64,000 bases of DNA, from IMG/VR virus record IMGVR_UViG_3300005393_000308; one strand, written 5' to 3'. The notes below the pieces were generated by a model that saw nothing but the letters and a program-made list of their open reading frames with translations, ran no database searches and was not told the origin of the DNA. The stretch comes from a virus. Of this stretch, positions 44,797 to 54,392 are shown in pieces. The number at the start of each line of letters is the position of its first letter. Within the stretch, counting starts at the first letter, position 1. The position numbers were made by a program, and so were the translations under genes.

Positions 44797-47700
44797 ATAA
44801 TCTGGTGCCCTTGTTTTTGCCTGTATGGTGTAGCTCATAGTAACGCATGAGCATGTCAATAAGCATATCGAGCGCCTCAGCCCCGTTTGCGTTGCCGGGT
44901 CTCTCGACAACCTCGGCTGACCTGAAGATTACGTTATCCACACTGATGGCGTTGATTTCCACGCGGTCGTCGTCTGAACCGCCCTCGAATTCAAACAAGA
45001 TGGAATGCTCACCCGGGGTAAATGTCGCCTCCACCCTGCCAAAGGGGACGAGCAGATAGCTCTTGTCTTTTCCATCCACGTAGAAACGCAGCTGCAGGGA
45101 TCCAGACTGGTCGAATACCTCCATCGTAAAGCCCAGCGTGGAGCGGCAGTAATTTGTAACCTTAAACTCTATTAACGCTTGCCTGCCGCTGGTGGTATAG
45201 GTACGTCTGTCAAACGGCAAGCTGGTGTTGATGCCCCAGTTTTCAGCCCGCGCTATATATTTCCTGTCGTCTGCCGGCAGACCATCAACGATGTTATACG
45301 ATCCCTCGCCGGAGATCCAGCTATCGTAACTCCTTATCAACCAGTACTCGCTGGTGTTTACTATTACGTATTCGCCGTACCACCTGGCATGTCTGAAGGC
45401 GCGCATATACTCTTCATACTTGTAGTCCATGAATCTCAGGTTGTTGTAGAGTCTGTCCAGCGCCAGCCTTACCGCATCGCCACCAGACATCTGTTCGTAC
45501 TGGAGACCGTGTTCTTTCCTATCCCTATACAACAACAAGATGATGTCTCTTAAGACCCACAGGTGCACGCCGACTATCTTGAGGCCGACGTCAGCATATT
45601 TGCCGACGGGGTGAGTTCCGGGGAATTCTACTCTGACCTCGTTCCTGTCGATGGGGCTCAACGGGTTATATGGCAGACCGGTATTAGGATTGTATAGTTT
45701 AGACAGATCGTATACGAAATCAACAGTAGGCAGTTGCAGCCTGTCTACCTTGGGGCCATAGTCGCGGTACCAGTCAAATATCTCGTCCCACGTCACGCCG
45801 GTAACACACGCACTGGCTATCTCGCGACTGACCCTTTTACTACTTATAGTACGCCTCGCCAAATCGACCTTGCCGCCGCTTTTGCGTGCGGCTACGGAGT
45901 ATTGCTTGATACCTTTCTGTTTTGACCTGACAAATGGCGTGCTATTTACAGGATCGGCCGACCTCTGGTGTCCGGAGACGGCAGAGGTATCTATCTTAGT
46001 CAGCCTACGAGAGGTTTTCGTAAAGCCATACGAGTTGATACATAACCGCAGTGCCGGCCGGGCCAAATGTGTTAATTTGATGCAACTGGACAGTATATCA
46101 ACAGTCCCAGGAGCCTTGTTTAATTTTCTACCTGCTAGCAGACCTGTATCGTGGGCTGCACTGTCAAATACCTCCATCTCCACAGGTCTATATGCCTGTA
46201 TAGCAGATGTGTCAAACCTGAACTGATCAATTAGCTGTGCCGGAGTAGGGGCTATATCAAGGTCGGTCCATTTAACGAACAGCTCTATCGGTTTTTCCAC
46301 TCTGTTCAGTTGGAACTGGTAGATAGACTGTATTGGCTTAGCAACCTTTTCAAGTTCAACCTTACACTGTTGTCGTATTGATCTTGTTGTCTTGTTCGCT
46401 ACCCAAGTAGGTATAGCAGAGATTATCTGTTTAACTTTATTCAGTGAAAACCTGCAGGACATATATACAGGTTTATCAGTCTTGGCAAGCCGAGTAGCTC
46501 TGGTGAGCTTAGTTTGTCTAGTAGTCTTTTCAAGTTCGACCTTGTATTGTTGTTCTATTACCCTGGCTGTCTTGCCCGTTGCGCCATATCTAACCAGTTG
46601 CGCCAGATGAGTAACTATGTTCAGCCTGTGCTGCCTGACCGGCTGTATGGAATTATTTAACCTGTCCAGTGCGGTATATACGGTTTTGCTGGTATGTTTA
46701 GCTTGGTTGCCCAGTTGGAACTGACAGAATGTGCTAGCGACCGACCTGTCAAACTTGCTGAATATAGCCTGATCAATTAGCTGCACCAGTTTATCCGTGG
46801 TCTTATACCTGGATAACTCAAACTGCCGGATGAGTTTAATGTACTTAGCGTCGCCGTCTAGTTGTGATGTACATGTATAGCAGGCAAAGTTTGCTGTCTT
46901 TTCAAGTTTATACTGGGTGTTACACCTTACCCGCTTGCCAACCACATCAACTTGCTGCTGTCCGGTCGTGTGCAATAACTTGGAATTGACATTGAAATTC
47001 TTATATCTTAATAACCATATATTGTCACGTGCATTGCCAAGAGACAGTTGGTCTATAGGCTTTCCTAACACCGACTCTGCAGGGTCGAATTGCAGTGCAG
47101 GCAATAACCATACAGATAACTGTCTTCTATGCACACTCGTCAAGTTGCACGATCTTGCGCAGGATGTATTACTTCTCCGCACAGATCCTGCCTGCAATAC
47201 TACACTATATCTGTTTAGCCTGGTAACCTCAGCGCGTGGGCTTGTAGATACATGGTTAGATAATCTGTTTAACTGGACGACATGCCGGCGCCCAACAGGA
47301 ATAGGTGTGTTCCTGCGCAACCGGGCAGCCTGTTGCGGTATTATTACCCGGGACTTAACCTTGACCTGTTTATAGTCGATACCACTGACTTCCCTTATGG
47401 ACCGACAGGAACCTTGGGTTTCTCCATGGATCTGCGCAGACCTGTCAACCCTGTGGATCTGATCGACAATATGTTTAAACAGACGCCGTGAGAAGATGTG
47501 GTCGAGGACAAAAGGTAGAGTATTGTAATACCGCCTTTTAGAGCGGGCAAACCGTAACGGCAAGTAGCTCTTTGAGGTTATCCGCGGCCGGCGGGCAAGC
47601 AGTTTTAGCTGGTTGTCTGCTATGCTGTATGGACTCCCGGCACGCCCAGCTGACACATAGAAGTCAGGATGGACAACCACATTACTTCTCCTGTGAGAAT

Positions 47701-48220
47701 GAACAATGCGAACATTCGTCAGACAGTAGCTTCTTGCTCGCTCGCCGGCAGTCTGGCACACGCTTGTACAAAACCTATCCACTCTTCTTATTGTTTGCGT
47801 ATAAGACAGGCTAAGCCGGAAACGATCTCCCCACTCCACTTCAGCCATACTATCCTCTATGCCAGACCGGTAAGTTACCCTACCCGTATATACCGGCGTG
47901 TTATCACACAACTTAGGGGACGGATTGCCGGTAAGCAGTGATACGGGATCGCTGAAGACACGACCGGCAACGTAGCTATCCCAGGTCGGCATGTCATGTA
48001 CGGCACACGGTGTTTTCATATACCCGCTGGTATACACCGGAGCCGAGACAGTACGGCTACCTATGACAACGGCCGCAATAGGGGGCGGCAGGTAGTCAGC
48101 AGCAAACACCCGGTAGGGTAAAAACCCTATCGGGTAAGTCAAAACGCTGTCACCAGTATAATGTTTCAAGAACCACAGCTTCGCATAGCCACTAGTTTGG
48201 TATGTGCAGACGTACAACAT
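44753..48220 (-). CDS. Large virion protein with degenerate ~15-aa repeat midsection
   Basis: 1155 aa; QQYKVELEK / QQCKVELEK; last 10 aa encoded by the IS remnant. Confidence 0.55.
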   Translation of the reverse strand: MLYVCTYQTSGYAKLWFLKHYTGDSVLTYPIGFLPYRVFAADYLPPPIAAVVIGSRTVSAPVYTSGYMKTPCAVHDMPTWDSYVAGRVFSDPVSLLTGNPSPKLCDNTPVYTGRVTYRSGIEDSMAEVEWGDRFRLSLSYTQTIRRVDRFCTSVCQTAGERARSYCLTNVRIVHSHRRSNVVVHPDFYVSAGRAGSPYSIADNQLKLLARRPRITSKSYLPLRFARSKRRYYNTLPFVLDHIFSRRLFKHIVDQIHRVDRSAQIHGETQGSCRSIREVSGIDYKQVKVKSRVIIPQQAARLRRNTPIPVGRRHVVQLNRLSNHVSTSPRAEVTRLNRYSVVLQAGSVRRSNTSCARSCNLTSVHRRQLSVWLLPALQFDPAESVLGKPIDQLSLGNARDNIWLLRYKNFNVNSKLLHTTGQQQVDVVGKRVRCNTQYKLEKTANFACYTCTSQLDGDAKYIKLIRQFELSRYKTTDKLVQLIDQAIFSKFDRSVASTFCQFQLGNQAKHTSKTVYTALDRLNNSIQPVRQHRLNIVTHLAQLVRYGATGKTARVIEQQYKVELEKTTRQTKLTRATRLAKTDKPVYMSCRFSLNKVKQIISAIPTWVANKTTRSIRQQCKVELEKVAKPIQSIYQFQLNRVEKPIELFVKWTDLDIAPTPAQLIDQFRFDTSAIQAYRPVEMEVFDSAAHDTGLLAGRKLNKAPGTVDILSSCIKLTHLARPALRLCINSYGFTKTSRRLTKIDTSAVSGHQRSADPVNSTPFVRSKQKGIKQYSVAARKSGGKVDLARRTISSKRVSREIASACVTGVTWDEIFDWYRDYGPKVDRLQLPTVDFVYDLSKLYNPNTGLPYNPLSPIDRNEVRVEFPGTHPVGKYADVGLKIVGVHLWVLRDIILLLYRDRKEHGLQYEQMSGGDAVRLALDRLYNNLRFMDYKYEEYMRAFRHARWYGEYVIVNTSEYWLIRSYDSWISGEGSYNIVDGLPADDRKYIARAENWGINTSLPFDRRTYTTSGRQALIEFKVTNYCRSTLGFTMEVFDQSGSLQLRFYVDGKDKSYLLVPFGRVEATFTPGEHSILFEFEGGSDDDRVEINAISVDNVIFRSAEVVERPGNANGAEALDMLIDMLMRYYELHHTGKNKGTRLYRLPRENPSPLGVG

Positions 48221-48227
48221 ACAAACA

Positions 48228-51200
48228 CTACGCTTTCTTTACAGCCACTCCGTAGAAGCTGTTCGGCCCAGCAGTAAGAAAGCTATAGGGCGCGTTGATA
48301 GCGAAGAACTTATACATCTCTTCGTTCGGCTTGCCCTTGTTCATGACCAACTCGTCAATCGGCGCAAGTCCGGTAGCGTTCACCGCCACCATGTCATCCA
48401 AGGTCCCCCGCTGGCCGTCGAACAGCGGGTGCACCACGCTGATACAGCTGACGTGGATTTTCCCGGTGTAGTTACTCGGGTTAAACCCTACCTTGGTCAT
48501 CGTTTCTTCGTGGGCGTGGTACTCTACTCTGTGTTGCTGGTAATAAGCCCCACCGCGGGTTCGGTACATACAGATATCTGTTACACCGTTAGCGGTACCT
48601 TGGCCAAAGTTGTCAGGATAGTTGACCTGCAACACAACGCCGGTCTTGGGATCTCGCCGCACGCCCTGCACCGGTGCGCCGTTTGGCGGTGGGGACTCGT
48701 TAATGACCACATAACTACCGTCGTCAATAAATTCTGTAGCGGACGGATCGCTAATAATAGCAATAAGACGGTAGTTACTTATGGTATTTACGAACGCAAG
48801 GGAGTTGTAGTCATACGGATAGATAGAACAACGGTATATCTTATATGCCAGAGCGCCGTCGGGAATATTTACAGTAAGCTTGATCGAACTGGTGTTATTA
48901 TTATTTTGTGTTGTAACATACTTAATATCACTTGGCTTCGACTCACCTTCAGCTGTGACGAAAGTGACCGCGTAACCGTACATATTAAAACCAAGAGACC
49001 CACCAGATGGACTGGCAACACAACTTGTAATCTCGGGCTTCCCAGCGGGAGCCTTGCCAATCCGGCACGGTATAGTCGAAGAACTGACGGTAATGGCAAA
49101 GTTACCGAAGGTATCGTTGACACTGTCTTCATGCGGTTTTATCCTGCCGATATAGGCCATTGAGAGCAGGTAATTGTTCGGATCAATACTGGGTTCTCCC
49201 ATCAGTGTTATAATAGCCCTGTCATTGTTGACGCTCACAAAATGCCTGATAGGAATCTCGTCCAGTCCAAATGGAACTTTAGTCTGGACGAGCAGAGACC
49301 CACTGGCTATTTTGCTGTCATCATTGAGATTTCTGTTGACAAACGACACAGGCGCCTCTTCCCAGTCCCTGAACCAGGCAAACTTGCTCCACGGCGAGAC
49401 GGCAGCGCCGCGCACGAGAAGCCTGCCAGAGGTATCGTAGACGGACGGCGTAGGCATCTCGGTCACTGGATCCCAACTGTCGAACATACGCACGTTGACG
49501 TAGTGGTGGTTTAAATCCGTGCGTATATACATACCGTCGGCGTCTTTATAATATTCCATACCAAGTTCAGGGTTTACCAGCCGCTCCGGCTTGTAGAACT
49601 CGACGTACATCGTTATTGAAGTGACATTGAGGCGCTCGTCCTGGTAAAGGTTCTGGAGTATCTGCTCCTCTGTGAGCTGCACCGGGGTAGTGGTGGTCTT
49701 CACGACCAGGCGTTCTTTGGTCGCCGCAATGGCCTCCTCAAGACCGTCGGTATAGTAGTTGTAGTCCACAGTTAGCTGATCGGTCGACTCAACCGGCTGG
49801 TTCATGACAATCATACCGAAGGCGTAATCTACAGTATACTGGTCGCTATTCACGACAGCGCCGTTTTTATAGACAACTACGCCGTACTCGGCAATAAGGT
49901 TGTCATGTGTTGTATTATAGACCTGGTTGTTTACAGGGGTAAGTGTCTCATTCGTCACATTGATTATGGTACCATAATAGCTGTAGTCGGCGGTAATATA
50001 GTTTATCCTCGGGCAGAACGAGAAAGAAGCCTTGATGACGTCGCTTGCACTCTGCGCGGTATTGAATATGATAAGGCCATTCTGTGCATCAACGGTATAC
50101 TCGGAAGGATCCACTGCCGTGTCGTTGCGCTTCACGGTCATGCTTTGCGCCAGGACGTTCTGCTGGCCAGTGCTGTAGATGATGTAGTTGGTTGTCTGGA
50201 GTGTGACATTCTGGAGCGTAACAATGTTCTTGTAATAGGCGTAGTCTGCGGTAATCCTGTATGGCGTACCGTAATACCTGTAGTCGACGGTAATCTGATC
50301 GCTCGCATTCTGCGCGGCATTGAACGTCACTGTACCCTGCTGGTAGTTAACCAGGTACTCTGAAGAACTGACGACGCTGCTATTGCGGTAGACAACTACA
50401 GAGCCGGGCACCAGCGGTGTATAGCTTGTTTTGTAAGTCAAATAGTCCTGGGTGGTCATTACCTCCTGGACTATGCTTACCGTGCGCCGCTGGATAGTGT
50501 TGAAAGTGATGGTTCCGTTTGTCCGGTTTAGCGTGTAGTCAGCAGGGTTAACCAGGTTGCCATCGCGGTATACGTTCACCTGGGCCTCGAAAGTGATTGG
50601 TTTATGGGTTGTGCTAAAGGTAATATAGTCAGTAGACGCCAGATCCTCACTACTTGCATAAGCGACGTTGCTCTGACTCACACTAAACGTGATTATACCG
50701 TTGCGTCTGTCAACTGTATATTCAGTGGGCGTAACGAAAGTCCCGTTACTGTACACAGTTGGTTCCTGGTCATAGACGAAGTTGCCGTTCCTGGCGGCAA
50801 AAGCCAGACCGTCGCTGGTCACTAAAGCTTCACCGGTCACAGACTTAATGTCACTGAAATAGGTGTAGTCTGCAGTGATGGCATATGGATCGCCCAAGTA
50901 ATCATAGCTGGCTTTAAATACGTCGCTTGCATTCTGCAGCGCTCTGAATCTGATCAGGCCGGTCTCCCCGTCGACGATGTACTCAATTGGTTCAACAAGC
51001 TGGTCATTGCGGTAAACATTAAGGGTGTTGACCAGTATATCACCATGAGCCAGTTGCAGATCAATGTTGTTGGCACCAAGTGTAAGTGCCTCGTCTATTA
51101 CGCTTTCGACTTTGCGCTGATAGGTCTTAAACAAAACCTGGCCCGCGGCGGCATCGAAGGAGTATTCACCGGAAGCGACGAGAGCGCCGTCGCGAAAGAC

Positions 51201-51443
51201 AGTGATACCGCTCTCCCGTACCACGGGGCCGTTTGCCAGTTTATACATCTGGTAGTCAATTGACTCAAGCACTTCCTGCGTAACCCTGCGGACACTGCGG
51301 TGTTTTACCGGGTTGGGATAGACAAGTTGCCAGTTTTTATCCGGCATGATATTCCCGCTGTTGTCTCTATACAGTGTACATAAATTACGCGCTATGGTCT
51401 TGAGTATTTCGTTTGAAGAGGTAAACCCTTCTACCCATGCCAT
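48228..51443 (-). CDS. Virion protein with about seven tandem beta modules
   Basis: 1071 aa; repeated VYRxG..V..EY.VD...G.I.F..Q...D.I.ADY.Y. Confidence 0.6.
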   Translation of the reverse strand: MAWVEGFTSSNEILKTIARNLCTLYRDNSGNIMPDKNWQLVYPNPVKHRSVRRVTQEVLESIDYQMYKLANGPVVRESGITVFRDGALVASGEYSFDAAAGQVLFKTYQRKVESVIDEALTLGANNIDLQLAHGDILVNTLNVYRNDQLVEPIEYIVDGETGLIRFRALQNASDVFKASYDYLGDPYAITADYTYFSDIKSVTGEALVTSDGLAFAARNGNFVYDQEPTVYSNGTFVTPTEYTVDRRNGIITFSVSQSNVAYASSEDLASTDYITFSTTHKPITFEAQVNVYRDGNLVNPADYTLNRTNGTITFNTIQRRTVSIVQEVMTTQDYLTYKTSYTPLVPGSVVVYRNSSVVSSSEYLVNYQQGTVTFNAAQNASDQITVDYRYYGTPYRITADYAYYKNIVTLQNVTLQTTNYIIYSTGQQNVLAQSMTVKRNDTAVDPSEYTVDAQNGLIIFNTAQSASDVIKASFSFCPRINYITADYSYYGTIINVTNETLTPVNNQVYNTTHDNLIAEYGVVVYKNGAVVNSDQYTVDYAFGMIVMNQPVESTDQLTVDYNYYTDGLEEAIAATKERLVVKTTTTPVQLTEEQILQNLYQDERLNVTSITMYVEFYKPERLVNPELGMEYYKDADGMYIRTDLNHHYVNVRMFDSWDPVTEMPTPSVYDTSGRLLVRGAAVSPWSKFAWFRDWEEAPVSFVNRNLNDDSKIASGSLLVQTKVPFGLDEIPIRHFVSVNNDRAIITLMGEPSIDPNNYLLSMAYIGRIKPHEDSVNDTFGNFAITVSSSTIPCRIGKAPAGKPEITSCVASPSGGSLGFNMYGYAVTFVTAEGESKPSDIKYVTTQNNNNTSSIKLTVNIPDGALAYKIYRCSIYPYDYNSLAFVNTISNYRLIAIISDPSATEFIDDGSYVVINESPPPNGAPVQGVRRDPKTGVVLQVNYPDNFGQGTANGVTDICMYRTRGGAYYQQHRVEYHAHEETMTKVGFNPSNYTGKIHVSCISVVHPLFDGQRGTLDDMVAVNATGLAPIDELVMNKGKPNEEMYKFFAINAPYSFLTAGPNSFYGVAVKKA

Positions 51444-51470
51444 TGATTAAACACCCCTAATCCTGACTTG

Positions 51471-51911
51471 CTAGGCAATCGGAACAGCAAAGTTAAAATC
51501 CGCCCACACCACTTTAGAAGTATGGCTGTTATTGAAAAACTCCAACCTCAGAGGTATTCCCTGAACCAGCTTTACAGCGCCAAAGTTCTTGACCTGTGAG
51601 ATTTCTTTAGTATAGACCGTCTCACAGGCTATACGGCTGTCTATATAAAAGTTCCAGTAATCCAGGTCTGAATATCCGGTACACCCTACTTCAATTGAGA
51701 GGAGCTCCATTTCGCCTGGAACTGCATATTCAATGGGATATATGATCTGTCCGTCGTCCGGGGTGGCTGGTATATCAAGCCTAAACCCCTTAACAAAGGG
51801 ACGCGGGTAGGTAGCAAACAGATGAGGGGGCGGGACTACCTGTACTGGATTACCAATCCGGCGCACCAGATCGATGATGCCGCCCGCCGGATATGTAATA
51901 TTGAAACTCAT
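51471..51911 (-). CDS. Hypothetical virion protein
   Basis: 146 aa, ATGA overlap, in head cluster. Confidence 0.5.
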   Translation of the reverse strand: MSFNITYPAGGIIDLVRRIGNPVQVVPPPHLFATYPRPFVKGFRLDIPATPDDGQIIYPIEYAVPGEMELLSIEVGCTGYSDLDYWNFYIDSRIACETVYTKEISQVKNFGAVKLVQGIPLRLEFFNNSHTSKVVWADFNFAVPIA

Positions 51912-52861
51912 CAGCTGCCACCCCCAGGCTCGATATGTTCAGTGAGCGTAATTACAGTAATGCCGCCATTACTCTGGACGGCGGTATCTACACTGACTAT
52001 TCCGCGATCCGACGTGACATCGCCGGAAATATCTCTCCCAACCAGTCTTACGCGCACATCCTGGGTATCTATTAGAAAAGGTAGTTTTATGGTAATGGAC
52101 TCCAGTGCGGGATTGACATCAAACAGACCGTCGGGTAGTACCAATTCCGGTTGAGACATGGCAGTACATGTACCAGCAGCTCCGTCATCAACCTGTCCTA
52201 TCTCTCCTCCCACAGCAGTGTCGACCGCAAAAGAGCACACAGGGGACCACTCACCGGCTGTGCCATCACTTCCCGCAGCCCGCACGCGCCAGAAATAGTT
52301 GCCGCTGGCAAAGGAGTATGATGCGGTAACTTCGCTATCCGTTGTGACGGTATTCCATAGCAACGGTTCCATTTCGGGGACGGCCGCCGCCTGTATTTCA
52401 TAACTAACAGCATTCTCAACAGCCAGCCACTTGAACGTAACAGATGTATTATTCAGGACAGACAGATTGGCTGGCTGAACCGGCACCGGTGACGGAAGCG
52501 CCTGCGAGCCAGCAGTGGTAAAAGTAAATACATGAGCGCCGGCCATCGGGTATCCAAGTATAGAGAGCACACCCGACGGCTTGCCGTCCTCGATATTGCT
52601 GTCGCCAGCCACAATTACCGTGTAGGAGGTTGCCGGGTCAAGCGACCTGGAAGGAGTGAAAGTAACAACCCTGTCTTTATAAGAGATGGTACCATCTACC
52701 TTCCGCCCACCGCTCGTCGTCTGGACGACTATATTGCCCGGCAGCGTCGCTGCATCCATATCCGTGCTGAAGGTAATAGATATGTCCGTAGATGTCGGTA
52801 CATCTACGGACATATTCAACGGACTGGTTGTCACCACATACGGCATGAATTTATAACTCAT
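51911..52861 (-). CDS. Ig-like (Big_5/SbsA-type) plus FN3 virion protein
   Basis: ISITFSTDMD..VTFTPSRSLDPATSYTVIV; FKWLAVENAVSYEIQ..YFWRVRA. Confidence 0.7.
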   Translation of the reverse strand: MSYKFMPYVVTTSPLNMSVDVPTSTDISITFSTDMDAATLPGNIVVQTTSGGRKVDGTISYKDRVVTFTPSRSLDPATSYTVIVAGDSNIEDGKPSGVLSILGYPMAGAHVFTFTTAGSQALPSPVPVQPANLSVLNNTSVTFKWLAVENAVSYEIQAAAVPEMEPLLWNTVTTDSEVTASYSFASGNYFWRVRAAGSDGTAGEWSPVCSFAVDTAVGGEIGQVDDGAAGTCTAMSQPELVLPDGLFDVNPALESITIKLPFLIDTQDVRVRLVGRDISGDVTSDRGIVSVDTAVQSNGGITVITLTEHIEPGGGS

Positions 52862-52867
52862 GACAGG

Positions 52868-53203
52868 TTACTTCCTTTTGTTCGCCTGCTTGGCCTCTCC
52901 CTGTTTCCCGTCATCCTGCTTGGGCTGCTCTTCCTCAGGCAGGGGATCAGTTGCAGGCGGCTCAACCTCTTTTGGTTCGACTACTTCCTGGCTCTGGGTA
53001 GACTTGCTGCTTACCTTACCGAGGACGGTACCATTTACGTCAATGAGGCGACCACTCTTTATAGCCTTGACTACATATTCAAGGTTTGCATCCAAAGGAA
53101 GGCTGCCTTCGACCTTTTTCGGGTACATGAGGTGCATGCGGTTTATCGGATCATAAAAAGCCAACATCCCAGGGGCCAGGCGTACTACATGTTTATCGGC
53201 CAT
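52868..53203 (-). CDS. Small capsid-adjacent protein
   Basis: 111 aa; AFYDP..MHL; acidic/Lys-rich tail; directly after capsid. Confidence 0.55.
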   Translation of the reverse strand: MADKHVVRLAPGMLAFYDPINRMHLMYPKKVEGSLPLDANLEYVVKAIKSGRLIDVNGTVLGKVSSKSTQSQEVVEPKEVEPPATDPLPEEEQPKQDDGKQGEAKQANKRK

Positions 53204-53227
53204 AAGACAACACTCCTTGCCCGGGGA

Positions 53228-54325
53228 TTAAGCAGATATCGTTCTGATAGTCGGAGGCACCGGGTAGCTGGCATCAAGAGCGACATTCTTAGCAACGGCT
53301 ATGGCTCTTCCTTTGTACAAAATACCAACGCCGTAGCGCTCTGTAAGCTTGACGTCCCTGATGTCGCGGGCAGGGTTGTCGAACTGTTCGGTTTGAATAT
53401 CCTGGCGCACCAGCAGAATACCGACATTGTTGCGGTCCACGCAGTACATGTCGAAGCGCTTGGACTCTTTGTCAAGCGGCACGAACGGCGAGACCATCAC
53501 TTCCAGGCCAAACGGAATCCGCCCCTGTATGCTGTCCGGCCCGATGCTGAACACCTTGCCGGGCTGGTCGGGACCGCCGGGATACATCTGGGCGCCGAAA
53601 GTGAGCGCGCCGTACAGCTCGCTCCTGGCAAACGCCGACCAGGTCAGCGGGTGAACGATGATCGTAGTCGGAGTAAACTCGTTGGCCATGACGGCCAGAA
53701 CCAGGTCGAGGAAATCCTCTACCGACATGGTGTCGTTAAACTGAAGGTCCTTGCCCAGGCCGGTAGTGCCGGCTTCTGGGTGATCCGCGCGGATGCTGTT
53801 GTCAAAAACAGTCCACCCGTGCTGGGAAAAGGCGCGGAAGATTTTCTGCTCCTTGTGTCTGGCCAGGGCGCGGCCGGCTTCCTCCAGCATCAGAGAGACG
53901 ATATCCCACATGCTGTCTTCGATAAGCTCCTTGGAGACCTGAACCCGCACGCCGCTCTTACCAATGCGGATCTCCAGGGCTCCTTCGTAGGTCTGCCAGT
54001 CGACGGATTCAGCGGGAATCTCGGCGCCCTCCGGCACGTCATACGCCCTGATCGGGCCGATAGCCGGAAACACATACATCTGGCCGGCATTCTTGGCCCG
54101 GACGGTCTTCAGCAGCTTGCTGCCGAGATAAACCGGCTCCGCTGCCCGCCGCACAGCACCGATAATCACTTTAGGGAGCAAAACCTGCGCGGACGGCAGG
54201 GCTGTAAACTCCTGAATGGTAGGCGCGCCAGCCACGTCTTCACCCCGCATGGCCGCGTCCACACGCTTAATCAGGTCCACTTCTTCCTGAGAAAGTTTAT
54301 AGTTGTTCAAATCTATCTTCACCAC
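53228..54325 (-). CDS. Major capsid protein (HK97-like fold)
   Basis: 365 aa; VPEGAEIP, KSGVRVQVSKELIEDSMWDIV..AGRALARHKEQKIF, DVKLTERYGVGI. Confidence 0.88.
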   Translation of the reverse strand: MVKIDLNNYKLSQEEVDLIKRVDAAMRGEDVAGAPTIQEFTALPSAQVLLPKVIIGAVRRAAEPVYLGSKLLKTVRAKNAGQMYVFPAIGPIRAYDVPEGAEIPAESVDWQTYEGALEIRIGKSGVRVQVSKELIEDSMWDIVSLMLEEAGRALARHKEQKIFRAFSQHGWTVFDNSIRADHPEAGTTGLGKDLQFNDTMSVEDFLDLVLAVMANEFTPTTIIVHPLTWSAFARSELYGALTFGAQMYPGGPDQPGKVFSIGPDSIQGRIPFGLEVMVSPFVPLDKESKRFDMYCVDRNNVGILLVRQDIQTEQFDNPARDIRDVKLTERYGVGILYKGRAIAVAKNVALDASYPVPPTIRTISA

Positions 54326-54392
54326 TTGTCAGCACACGCCACATACCGCATGTGCTGGTTCCTCCTTTCAAGCTAAGCTGTAATGGTTGTCG

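Noticed and set aside
48204-49163. 319-aa + strand ORF and the many other short + strand ORFs
   Set aside because: They overlap well-supported minus-strand genes in a unidirectional operon; shadow frames.
52532-54376. 614-aa + strand ORF
   Set aside because: Antisense shadow of the capsid and neighbouring genes; no recognisable motifs or RBS.
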